Virus record (IMG/VR): IMGVR_UViG_3300049793_000366
Span: 434,001 to 498,000 of that record
DNA: 64,000 nt
Reading direction: 5' to 3' (one strand)
Made by a program: the position numbers and the translations under genes. The notes under the pieces were generated by a model, which ran no database searches, was not told the origin of the DNA, and saw nothing but the letters and a program-made list of their open reading frames with translations. Of this stretch, positions 54,795 through 63,055 are shown one piece after another; the first letter of the stretch is position 1, and every line of letters starts with the position of its first letter.

Positions 54795-55211
54795 TTAACT
54801 ATTGTATGGTTCATCAATTGATATCCTAACTTGTCTGATAACAAGTGGTACAGCATTACCTAAATTTCTATATTTCTCAGGGTGTTCGGTGATATCCTTA
54901 TGTTTCTTAACTAAATAGTCAAGTGAATTGATATATAATGCTCCGGTAGCCACGAATGATATATACAACCCGTATGCTTTAACCTTCTTTTCAGCGCGAA
55001 GTAACATCTCTACGAACTCATCGGTAACTGTTATATCCATGTTAGATTCATAAAGGAATTGACCATCGTGTAGCTTATCAAATACTAGTCCATAATCATC
55101 AATCAATTCGTTCAAACAAGCATCGATGTCAACACGGTATTTATCCTGTATGGCTCTTATTTCCCTGAACATATCAATCATGTAACCTTCGTATAATTTA
55201 AGATGCTTCAT
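54795..55211 (-). CDS. hypothetical protein, N-motif
   Basis: MKHLKLYEGY; AATATATA upstream. Confidence 0.8.
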   Translation of the reverse strand: MKHLKLYEGYMIDMFREIRAIQDKYRVDIDACLNELIDDYGLVFDKLHDGQFLYESNMDITVTDEFVEMLLRAEKKVKAYGLYISFVATGALYINSLDYLVKKHKDITEHPEKYRNLGNAVPLVIRQVRISIDEPYNS

Positions 55212-55226
55212 AGGGTATATATTTAA

Positions 55227-55258
55227 TTTGCTAATGCGAATTATTGTCCGTACATTTG
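55227..55258 (+). promoter_or_regulatory. Bacteroidota-type promoter
   Basis: TTTG-N20(...TTATTGTCCG)-TACATTTG. Confidence 0.8.
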
Positions 55259-55263
55259 GTATA

Positions 55264-55566
55264 ATGAAAAATACTATAACAATCAATAATGATGAGATTA
55301 GTACTCACTTATCATATACTCTTATAGAGAAAGATACCGCCTTTATTGGACACATCACTGCGCTAAATATACCATTCACATCACCTACTAAAGATAAAGC
55401 TTCTGATATTGCTAAAGGTCTTGTAAAAGCTTTATTTCATAAATGGGGAAATACTGGTGGTTTAGAATTAATAAGAGAGAAGATAAAGTCGTTTAATTTC
55501 ACACAGGTATATGATACGCACTACGAATATAGTTTACCAGTACCAAAATCTTCATATCAAATGTAA
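55264..55566 (+). CDS. hypothetical protein
   Basis: ATG after the promoter. Confidence 0.7.
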   Translation: MKNTITINNDEISTHLSYTLIEKDTAFIGHITALNIPFTSPTKDKASDIAKGLVKALFHKWGNTGGLELIREKIKSFNFTQVYDTHYEYSLPVPKSSYQM

Positions 55567-55880
55567 TGAAAGGCGTTAGAATAAATGAATCAGTCTGGAC
55601 ATCAGACAATGGTAATACTGGTAAAGTAGCCATTTTCACCTATGCGGGTGATTTAGATCCAAGTGCTGTATTAGAACAAGCAGTCAGAAACTATGTAGGT
55701 GATAGTAAGAAATATGTAGAACTAATGGATGCTCATATGAACTGCCCCTGGATGCGTGGCATCGTATCTGGTATAAATGATATGAGTCAGGTTGAATGGT
55801 CGGGGCAAACACTTAAACAATTTTTACGCGAGAACACAATAAATGAAATATTAAACAATCAAGATGATATTAACACCTGA
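55566..55880 (+). CDS. hypothetical protein, C-tag
   Basis: LRENTINEILN. Confidence 0.75.
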   Translation: MKGVRINESVWTSDNGNTGKVAIFTYAGDLDPSAVLEQAVRNYVGDSKKYVELMDAHMNCPWMRGIVSGINDMSQVEWSGQTLKQFLRENTINEILNNQDDINT

Positions 55881-56139
55881 ACAATTAAAGAAGTTCGAGC
55901 TTACTAAAGCTATGCACGAACCCGTACATATATGTGCGTTAAGAGTAACACCGAAGTCTTCTCAGAAGAAATACAAGCTTTATGTGCTTAAAAACGGTGA
56001 AATCAAGGATTTTAAGCTAAAATTCGATGATATTGTGTCATTGGATGTCGTTGGTGGGTATGGTTCTGGTACTATCAGCGTTGAGGATTATGTAGAACGT
56101 TCTAATGATATATGTAACTATACAAAGAATCATCAGTAA
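55864..56139 (+). CDS. hypothetical protein
   Basis: Co-oriented overlapping ORF. Confidence 0.7.
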   Translation: MILTPEQLKKFELTKAMHEPVHICALRVTPKSSQKKYKLYVLKNGEIKDFKLKFDDIVSLDVVGGYGSGTISVEDYVERSNDICNYTKNHQ

Positions 56140-56687
56140 TGTTCAGATTCAGAAAGAGTAACAATTACATCACATTAAAGGATGTTGGGTATAAAGCCTT
56201 CTTTCACTTACAAGATCCTGCTACCAATGAAGAACTTAGTAGGACTATGGGTATTGCTATGTGTAACGAGTATTATATCAATGCTCCGAACCATGTGGAA
56301 ATATTTGAAAAGACTATGCTTAGTGGAAGAATCGTCAAAAAATACACAAGCAACGATTCATATTGTAGAGTGAGAACCAGATGGAGATACGGCACCACAA
56401 ATAGAAAGGGAGAGTATGACGGTGATTCTTGGACAGAGAAAGTTGAAGAGTTTATGATGCAACCCACTCACAGAAGATGTCCTATATGTGAAGCAATATA
56501 TAAACAGGTTCCTTTCACAACGATTATAAACAACAGAAATATGGAATTACAAGAAGTATATACAAAGCTGAATAACTTATTGGATTTACAGGAACACAGG
56601 GACTTAACCACTAAGGAAGAAGCTGAACTGAAAAATCTTAAGAAACTACGTAATGAATTGGACCCTGAGTGGGCTAAACGATTATAA
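56139..56687 (+). CDS. hypothetical protein
   Basis: TAATG coupling; CPIC motif. Confidence 0.75.
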   Translation: MFRFRKSNNYITLKDVGYKAFFHLQDPATNEELSRTMGIAMCNEYYINAPNHVEIFEKTMLSGRIVKKYTSNDSYCRVRTRWRYGTTNRKGEYDGDSWTEKVEEFMMQPTHRRCPICEAIYKQVPFTTIINNRNMELQEVYTKLNNLLDLQEHRDLTTKEEAELKNLKKLRNELDPEWAKRL

Positions 56688-56704
56688 TAGTTAATATATA
56701 CTCT

Positions 56705-57160
56705 ATGAGGTATATAAAAACGTTCGAGGGTTTAAGGGCTGACTTAATTGCTATTGATGCTAAATTCGCTGATAGGAAGAAGGAGTTAGAATTAGAACTT
56801 CATAATATAGATAAAGAAACCCACGCGCTTAAAGCCAAAGCCATTCTCTCTAATAAGGAGAAGGTATCTGAGTTCGCGTTTGAAATACTTGACGAATACG
56901 ATACTACTGTTGTCTATAAGAATAAATTAGATATTCAAAGCAGACACTTCAATATAAACATTGAGATAACTCCGGATATAGACTTCGACAAACTTAAATC
57001 AATCGTATCAAGATTTGAAAAGAAATGCTTATCTGAACAATTCGCAATGAGATTCAATATCAGATACGAAGATGGTAGAAGCACACACGCTGATACCTTT
57101 AGCGATGCACTACCTAAGCTGGTGGATAAAACAGCGAGACTATCTATATTAGCCAGATAA
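56705..57160 (+). CDS. hypothetical protein, N-motif
   Basis: MRYIKTFEG; AATATATA upstream. Confidence 0.8.
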   Translation: MRYIKTFEGLRADLIAIDAKFADRKKELELELHNIDKETHALKAKAILSNKEKVSEFAFEILDEYDTTVVYKNKLDIQSRHFNINIEITPDIDFDKLKSIVSRFEKKCLSEQFAMRFNIRYEDGRSTHADTFSDALPKLVDKTARLSILAR

Positions 57161-57681
57161 TGAAGAATCTAAAACTATTCGAAGATTTTAACGAGTCACA
57201 TAGATATAACACGAGGGATTTTACATTCAGTGGAGTTCCAACGGATAGCGAATTGATAGATACGTTCATGTCTATGATAGACGATGATATTATTGTCAGA
57301 CTCAAGCGTGATTTGGATTTTGCTGTGGCTCTTAAAGGACCATCACGCACAATCAGACCAGTTAAAGAGAGTTGGGAATATACAATCAATACTGATGGTG
57401 TTTTGAATATTACTTCTCATAATCATACCGATATTGATGAGGAATCAAAGTTGGTTGGGTTCGTTGATAAGTTTCAGATATACTGTGAATCACCTCAAGA
57501 GATAGATATTTTACTAGGAAAAGAAGTAGATGATATAGCACTCGATGATTCAATCGTAAATAATGCTATGCGTAAGTTGAAGTCTTTAGAATGTGTTACT
57601 AGTGTTACGCATAAGAAGGTAACTGAATACTACTCAGTATTAATTGTACAATATAACAATCCAACGTTTATAATAATTTAA
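57160..57681 (+). CDS. hypothetical protein, N-motif
   Basis: MKNLKLFEDFNE. Confidence 0.8.
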   Translation: MKNLKLFEDFNESHRYNTRDFTFSGVPTDSELIDTFMSMIDDDIIVRLKRDLDFAVALKGPSRTIRPVKESWEYTINTDGVLNITSHNHTDIDEESKLVGFVDKFQIYCESPQEIDILLGKEVDDIALDDSIVNNAMRKLKSLECVTSVTHKKVTEYYSVLIVQYNNPTFIII

Positions 57682-57712
57682 TATTTTCAGTGTATATATG
57701 TACAGGCCGTTT

Positions 57713-57988
57713 TCATCTAAATAGTCTGTTTATTTTGACTTCTCGGATTTTTTGCAACTCAAAATTTTTTGCAGCGAACGTCTGAATCATTTGTCTACAC
57801 TGATGAATGAACTTACGCTTGAGAGCATTACCCTTCTTACTACTAATCAGAAAACAATTATCAGACCATACATACTTCTCACCGTATGTGATGTAGTAAC
57901 CAGCTTCATGTCTGCTGATTCTAATATACCGGATATGTAAATCACGAAGACCGCACCTACGTCCTATCTTAATGAGTTCTTGTTTCAT
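57713..57988 (-). CDS. hypothetical protein, C-tag
   Basis: Ends IREVKINRLFR. Confidence 0.75.
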   Translation of the reverse strand: MKQELIKIGRRCGLRDLHIRYIRISRHEAGYYITYGEKYVWSDNCFLISSKKGNALKRKFIHQCRQMIQTFAAKNFELQKIREVKINRLFR

Positions 57989-58383
57989 GGTATATGAATC
58001 ATCATGTTTAATACTACGTGTTTATTAACGAAATAATGTAGATTAATATCGGTTATTGGTATAGGCTTTGGATATATCACTCTACCTTTTGTAACTATAC
58101 TAAAGTCTGCTATACCAACTTCTACTTTTAAGTCAAGCTCAGAAAGTTTTTTGAATATCCTTATTACTTCTGACCTAAGCTGAGTTGTAAATATAATCAT
58201 ATCTTCTTCTAATATATTATCATTACTGATATTATTAAACAGTATAGGATCTATCAGTCTTATATAGCGGGAACCATAGCTTCTACCATTTTGATTATAC
58301 TTATCAATATTACTAGTGATGAAGAAGTCATATTCTTCTATAATAGTACTGAGCGTGTTAAATATAACAATACTATTGTTCAT
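57985..58383 (-). CDS. hypothetical protein, tandem paralog of the next gene
   Basis: STIIEEYDF...IRLIDP...EEDMIIFT. Confidence 0.8.
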   Translation of the reverse strand: MNNSIVIFNTLSTIIEEYDFFITSNIDKYNQNGRSYGSRYIRLIDPILFNNISNDNILEEDMIIFTTQLRSEVIRIFKKLSELDLKVEVGIADFSIVTKGRVIYPKPIPITDINLHYFVNKHVVLNMMIHIP

Positions 58384-58766
58384 TATAATCCAATAACCAA
58401 TTTAAGTATTACTCGCTTATTTAAAAATTCATTAAGGTCTACCTCTTCAAATTGTTTTGGTTCTTTAAGCCATGCCATATACATACGAATCATATAGTCG
58501 TCTAAGATTCTAATTTTAACTGGTACTTCAAATTCTAAAAGCTTCTTATAAATCTTTACTACCTCTGACTTCAGTTGTGGTGTAAAGATAATCATATCCT
58601 CTTCTCTTATAGTATCTTCGAATATTACAGTGGAAGCCGGATCTACCAGGCGTATTTCTTTGATTATTTCACCAGCATTCATAATCTGGTGACCACTCAC
58701 ACTGAAATCATACTCTTCTATGAGAGTGCTTATCGCATCTGTTATGGTTTTACCTTTCTCAGTCAT
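58383..58766 (-). CDS. hypothetical protein, tandem paralog of the previous gene
   Basis: STLIEEYDF...IRLVDP...EEDMIIFT. Confidence 0.8.
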   Translation of the reverse strand: MTEKGKTITDAISTLIEEYDFSVSGHQIMNAGEIIKEIRLVDPASTVIFEDTIREEDMIIFTPQLKSEVVKIYKKLLEFEVPVKIRILDDYMIRMYMAWLKEPKQFEEVDLNEFLNKRVILKLVIGL

Positions 58767-58770
58767 GTTA

Positions 58771-58802
58771 TAAATATACGGATAATATTCCGGATTACCA
58801 AA
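58771..58802 (-). promoter_or_regulatory. Bacteroidota-type promoter with palindromic spacer
   Basis: TTTG-gtaatCCGGAATATTATCCG-TATATTTA. Confidence 0.85.
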
Positions 58803-59096
58803 TCAGAGTAATTGGGTTAATTTCCTATCACGAGTGAATTGCTCAAAGCTCAATGGTTCTACTTGGTCGTCATATACAACCATTTTAAGTATGCGCTCGT
58901 GTATTTGGTGTATTTTGATATTATTGTATTCATCATCTAATTTACCTTTGATATCAGATAATACAAATTCTGGTGGTACATCCGAATGTAGTTCAGCGAT
59001 GTGAGTAGCGATGTATAGCATATTCTCTGAGTTATACCCAGTGAATCCATATAAATAATACTTATATCTTTCTAGTGATTCTAATGTGAGACTCAT
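58803..59096 (-). CDS. hypothetical protein, C-tag (triplet member)
   Basis: LESL..Y..YL...SFEQFTRDRKLTQLL. Confidence 0.8.
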   Translation of the reverse strand: MSLTLESLERYKYYLYGFTGYNSENMLYIATHIAELHSDVPPEFVLSDIKGKLDDEYNNIKIHQIHERILKMVVYDDQVEPLSFEQFTRDRKLTQLL

Positions 59097-59356
59097 AGCA
59101 ATTTGTTTAGCTTATGGTCGCGGATAAATTGTTCATATGGTAATAGTTCCTTCTCAGTAATGATTGACTCCATTTCATTCTCAAGACTAATGAAAATATC
59201 ATGCAGTAAAAAGCTTTCTATGGTTCTGTGTTTGGCTGTTTCAATATACTTATCTATACGTATTCTCATATAATCCAATGTCTCAGGCTTATTGAACTTA
59301 TATAAGTATTCCTGATAGGCTTGTAACGATTCTAAATATGTTATCTGTGATGTCAT
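59093..59356 (-). CDS. hypothetical protein, C-tag (triplet member)
   Basis: TYLESLQAYQEYL...PYEQFIRDHKLNKLL. Confidence 0.8.
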   Translation of the reverse strand: MTSQITYLESLQAYQEYLYKFNKPETLDYMRIRIDKYIETAKHRTIESFLLHDIFISLENEMESIITEKELLPYEQFIRDHKLNKLL

Positions 59357-59619
59357 AGTATCTGGTCTAATTTATTATCACGCATGAACTCTATATAGGA
59401 TAATACTTTACCCTTTGATATGTGTATGGTATCTACTTCATATTTTAGCTTAGATATAACATCCAACATAACTATATTTGATATAGGTTGTGTCTTGATG
59501 ATGTTCATTAAGTTATTTATCTGAACACCAAGTATCATCATAGAATCAGAGTTGCTTATATCAAATAAATATTCTTGATAGGCTTTTAATGATTTCAAAT
59601 ATGTTAACTGGTCTTCCAC
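59353..59619 (-). CDS. hypothetical protein, C-tag (triplet member)
   Basis: TYLKSLKAYQEYL...SYIEFMRDNKLDQIL. Confidence 0.8.
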   Translation of the reverse strand: MEDQLTYLKSLKAYQEYLFDISNSDSMMILGVQINNLMNIIKTQPISNIVMLDVISKLKYEVDTIHISKGKVLSYIEFMRDNKLDQIL

Positions 59620-60041
59620 TACTTGTATTCAGGTTCTATTGTAGAAATTTCATCAAGTTCTTTTTTGTTTTCAACCAACCAAATATTATAAGCTTCCATA
59701 AAGTCTTTATCCTTTAAAGCTTCTTCGAGTGGAAAATCATCACCATTATCATCTACTAATGTTTCGATGTTTAAGAATGCGCGGATGAAGTTAAGGTTGT
59801 CAATACCTTCATCACTTTCCTCTAAGCAATATCCTTTGGTTAAACAAATCCACTCTTCATTATGAATGAACATATTATCACCATCGATAACTTTAAGTTT
59901 ACCTTCTGAAATCAATTCATCGAGTAAGGCACCTAAACCATGTGGTCTAAGTATGTGGCCCGGTAAGCCTTGTCCTGTTTCTTTATACACATCTACTGCC
60001 GCTTTATAAAGCTCTTGTTTTGTCATTTCTACTTGTTCCAT
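59619..60041 (-). CDS. hypothetical protein
   Basis: Coupled minus-strand ORF. Confidence 0.75.
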   Translation of the reverse strand: MEQVEMTKQELYKAAVDVYKETGQGLPGHILRPHGLGALLDELISEGKLKVIDGDNMFIHNEEWICLTKGYCLEESDEGIDNLNFIRAFLNIETLVDDNGDDFPLEEALKDKDFMEAYNIWLVENKKELDEISTIEPEYK

Positions 60042-60749
60042 TTACCAAATTTTAGGATTAATTTCTTTTTGTTGTTTAAATATATCTTGACCAACAGCTA
60101 CCCATTGGTTCCAATTCATTCTAAGTTCTTCTGGGTGATAACCAGTCGCGCTACCGTTATGTCGTGACACATACGACATGATACACTCAGCATGAATAGA
60201 GTGATGATTATATTCGTTCTCACCGCAACCACAGGCAGTGCCTCTACCGTTATTATATTCCCATACGAGTGGAATTAAACCACAGATTTTACATGGCGCC
60301 CATGCGCTTGGATTTGTCACTCGTTTGTATGCTGAGATAGCTTTATAATTCCTACGATGTTCAAGCCATACTTTCATAGACTTAAGCATACCAGCTTTCA
60401 TTTTAACATTACGCTTGGTGATGAAGTTATCAATCTCATACTTATCTGGTATAAGATTGATGAATGTATCGGCATCCATTTCTTGTATCGCCATCACATT
60501 AGAAGCAGTGATTGTAACAGAATCACCAGCAGCTTTTCTATCCTTGAAGAACCGCGCATATTTCAAATCAGTAATACTGTATAGTGTGTCTTTTTTATCA
60601 GGGCTACCACTATCACAGCCCATGAAGAATCGTTTTTCATCTTCATCAAATAAAGCAGATAATTTATTATCGCGCTGACGTTGTTTATCAGTAATCTCTA
60701 TGTAATAGAATATGTCTCTCTTGGTAGAGTAGTATAATTTATTATCCAT
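60042..60749 (-). CDS. hypothetical protein with N-proximal tag and C-terminal Zn-binding region
   Basis: QRDNKLSALF at about residue 25; PCKICG...ACGCG...WN.W. Confidence 0.75.
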   Translation of the reverse strand: MDNKLYYSTKRDIFYYIEITDKQRQRDNKLSALFDEDEKRFFMGCDSGSPDKKDTLYSITDLKYARFFKDRKAAGDSVTITASNVMAIQEMDADTFINLIPDKYEIDNFITKRNVKMKAGMLKSMKVWLEHRRNYKAISAYKRVTNPSAWAPCKICGLIPLVWEYNNGRGTACGCGENEYNHHSIHAECIMSYVSRHNGSATGYHPEELRMNWNQWVAVGQDIFKQQKEINPKIW

Positions 60750-61047
60750 TTATTAATTGTTTGAGCTTTCTATCTCTATTCTCTGGTATATTTATCTTGA
60801 AGTTATCTAAGTTAAAATATGGTTCGCGTTGACCATATACCTCCGTGTGTATTGGTTCATTATGAATCTCATTTAGTACTATACCATACACAACTGTATT
60901 GTCAACTTTTTCTGATATAATATCTCGTATGGTATAAGTTTGTTCATTAACTGGGTACATAACACCTTTCATATCACCAGCCCCTTCAAAGTTTTTATTT
61001 GTAGGTCTTAAATAAGTGACGCTATCTCCTATTTTTATATTAGCCAT
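60742..61047 (-). CDS. small protein (KOW-like start), C-tag
   Basis: IKIGDSV...NRDRKLKQLI. Confidence 0.8.
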   Translation of the reverse strand: MANIKIGDSVTYLRPTNKNFEGAGDMKGVMYPVNEQTYTIRDIISEKVDNTVVYGIVLNEIHNEPIHTEVYGQREPYFNLDNFKINIPENRDRKLKQLING

Positions 61048-61420
61048 TGATTATATTTTCTGCGACTGTTCTGAATAAATCTTCTGCGATTAAATCGTCA
61101 ATAACAATCTCTCTACACTCCTGTTTGAATACTTCTCTGAATCTTTCATTAAGATGATTTCTTCTCCACTCATTATCTGGTGCGAGTTGGAATACACAAT
61201 CTACATTCTCACCAGTTACATTATGATGTGTGTATAAACGATAATCGGCAGTGTCGTAATTGATTTCACTATTGGTATCACCATGACTAAATACAACAAG
61301 TGTGTAGTGTTTATCAACGAAGTAATCTGGGTAGTATTTATACTCTATTGCCCAGCCAGCACCAGGGTGTGTGATACCAATTTGCACGAATCCTATATTA
61401 GTAAACTTCTCTATGAACAT
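61040..61420 (-). CDS. hypothetical protein, C-tag variant
   Basis: CREIVIDDLI. Confidence 0.75.
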   Translation of the reverse strand: MFIEKFTNIGFVQIGITHPGAGWAIEYKYYPDYFVDKHYTLVVFSHGDTNSEINYDTADYRLYTHHNVTGENVDCVFQLAPDNEWRRNHLNERFREVFKQECREIVIDDLIAEDLFRTVAENIING

Positions 61421-61647
61421 AATTTACTCAACTTATAATCTCTGATGAATTCTAATGATAGGTGTATCGTAACTTCAGCGTGTGATGTTAAACCATATCT
61501 ATCACCTGGTCTCAATCTATATTCAACGTGTTGTTTATCGTGTTCTGCTTTTAATTCATCTGGGTTGTAACATTCATATCTACAACCTACGTTACTGATG
61601 CAGTCGATGAACCACTTATCGTCCTTTTTATCTAATCTACCTATCAT
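61411..61647 (-). CDS. hypothetical protein, C-tag
   Basis: Ends IRDYKLSKLCS. Confidence 0.75.
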   Translation of the reverse strand: MIGRLDKKDDKWFIDCISNVGCRYECYNPDELKAEHDKQHVEYRLRPGDRYGLTSHAEVTIHLSLEFIRDYKLSKLCS

Positions 61648-61651
61648 GTCC

Positions 61652-61683
61652 TAAATGTACGGATAATATCCCGTATTACCAAA
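61652..61683 (-). promoter_or_regulatory. Bacteroidota-type promoter
   Basis: TTTG-gtaatACGGGATATTATCCG-TACATTTA. Confidence 0.8.
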
Positions 61684-61689
61684 TTTATG

Positions 61690-62010
61690 CTAAAATTGCC
61701 AATAAACTATCTCTTTTACGTCTTTAAACCTCTCTTTTAGCGCAATAACATACTTATTATCCAATATACAGATGTCTTTCTTATAATCGAAGTGCTTTTC
61801 ACATAATGTAATATTTTCAAAGGAATTTGTATAATCGAAGCCATCCATATGATTTGAATATACTTCAACCAGACCGTCCTTATTTACCAAAGCAATAGAG
61901 TGACAATGGTCAGTATCTTTTATAATACCTGGTATATTATTTATAACATCTGCTACGGTCATGTTTCTATACGGGATTAACTTCTTTATAACCAAACATA
62001 TTTCTCTCAA
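61690..62010 (-). CDS. hypothetical protein
   Basis: Co-oriented ORF. Confidence 0.7.
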   Translation of the reverse strand: MREICLVIKKLIPYRNMTVADVINNIPGIIKDTDHCHSIALVNKDGLVEVYSNHMDGFDYTNSFENITLCEKHFDYKKDICILDNKYVIALKERFKDVKEIVYWQF

Positions 62011-62335
62011 TCATTTTGCGCTCTGTGTAGAAGAACAATCGGAATGGTCGTGGTGGTTCTAAGTAACGCTCTACACCATCTATCATTGTTTTTATTTGAT
62101 ACTCACATAGACGGTGCTTATTACCATCAGTGTCAGTATGTGTCTTATCTTTTCGTTCAACTGTAAATTCGGTACCAAGTGGTATCAACACCGTTTTATT
62201 AGTGTTAGTTGTCCGGAATCTACTAAAGCATACTTCATTATTCAACTGTCTCAGCTTACTATCACGAACGAAGCTTTTATCTGTAAACTCACTATAATCA
62301 TATATAGTATGGTTTATGGATTTAAATATAGTCAT
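61967..62335 (-). CDS. hypothetical protein, N-proximal tag
   Basis: VRDSKLRQLN at about residue 23. Confidence 0.7.
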   Translation of the reverse strand: MTIFKSINHTIYDYSEFTDKSFVRDSKLRQLNNEVCFSRFRTTNTNKTVLIPLGTEFTVERKDKTHTDTDGNKHRLCEYQIKTMIDGVERYLEPPRPFRLFFYTERKMIERNMFGYKEVNPV

Positions 62336-62622
62336 TACTCAAATAGTTTATTTATTTTTGAATCGAGTATTATTTGTTTTATTATATCAGGTAGAAATCC
62401 AATACTCGTGTTACCTATGAATGGATTAGCTGTGCGATATATTTCAACACCCTTGTGTAATTCTTCCGCTTCTTCAATAGTCTCAACATCAGTTATGCTA
62501 TTTTCAGTGATAGTGTAGGTTTTATTATGCCCTTTGAAATTAACCGTTCGTATATTTATAGCATAGCTGGTATAATCAACAACATCACCACTTTGTATAT
62601 TCACACTTGTTACAATTATCAT
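62335..62622 (-). CDS. hypothetical protein, C-tag variant
   Basis: Ends ILDSKINKLFE. Confidence 0.75.
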   Translation of the reverse strand: MIIVTSVNIQSGDVVDYTSYAINIRTVNFKGHNKTYTITENSITDVETIEEAEELHKGVEIYRTANPFIGNTSIGFLPDIIKQIILDSKINKLFE

Positions 62623-62765
62623 TTATTCATTAACTTCTTATACAATCTGTTTAAATCTGTTTTGGTTCCGACTAACTTAGCTAACTTAAGTTTCTTCTTT
62701 TGCTTCTTACCGAGTCCAATGCCCATATCAATGAATTTGATATGTCTTTCTATTTGTTTATTCAT
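62619..62765 (-). CDS. 48-aa basic protein (absent from ORF track)
   Basis: MNKQIERHIKFIDMGIGLGKKQKKKLK...KLMNK*; ATGA overlaps at both ends. Confidence 0.6.
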   Translation of the reverse strand: MNKQIERHIKFIDMGIGLGKKQKKKLKLAKLVGTKTDLNRLYKKLMNK

Positions 62766-63055
62766 TTTGTTAGTTCATCAAGCTTAAGTGTTCGTATTTC
62801 TTCTTTTAATACTGTTTGTAGAAATCTGATATGTTGATTGTCTCTCTTTATAATGTAGGCTTCGAGTGCGTCATATAAACTCTGTGCTTCTTCGGATGAT
62901 TCAACTGGTGTCCACAACTTATTATCATTTGCCTTTGCATTTGTATAGCGTATGACATAAGTTCTGTTGTCAGTTTTTATATTCCAAAATAGTGTATTAC
63001 CACTTGGATCTTTGGGGTTCCCGCCAGTTTTAGCCATGACGCTCCCTACTACCAT
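62762..63055 (-). CDS. hypothetical protein, C-tag
   Basis: Ends IRTLKLDELTK. Confidence 0.75.
   Translation of the reverse strand: MVVGSVMAKTGGNPKDPSGNTLFWNIKTDNRTYVIRYTNAKANDNKLWTPVESSEEAQSLYDALEAYIIKRDNQHIRFLQTVLKEEIRTLKLDELTK

Noticed and set aside
4141-55286. Longest-ORF start codons for many genes (e.g. 4141, 5578, 7179, 12245, 48219, 54856, 55228, 55286)
   Set aside because: The extensions run through promoter motifs or upstream genes; downstream ATGs fit the promoters, N-motifs and stop-start coupling.
1687-62787. Antisense or alternate-frame ORFs in the track (e.g. 1687-, 2148-, 6769-, 8257-, 11421-, 25292+, 35472+, 42216+, 44211-, 50534-, 60415+, 62114+)
   Set aside because: They overlap better-supported coupled genes, lack promoters or motifs, and read as shadow translations.
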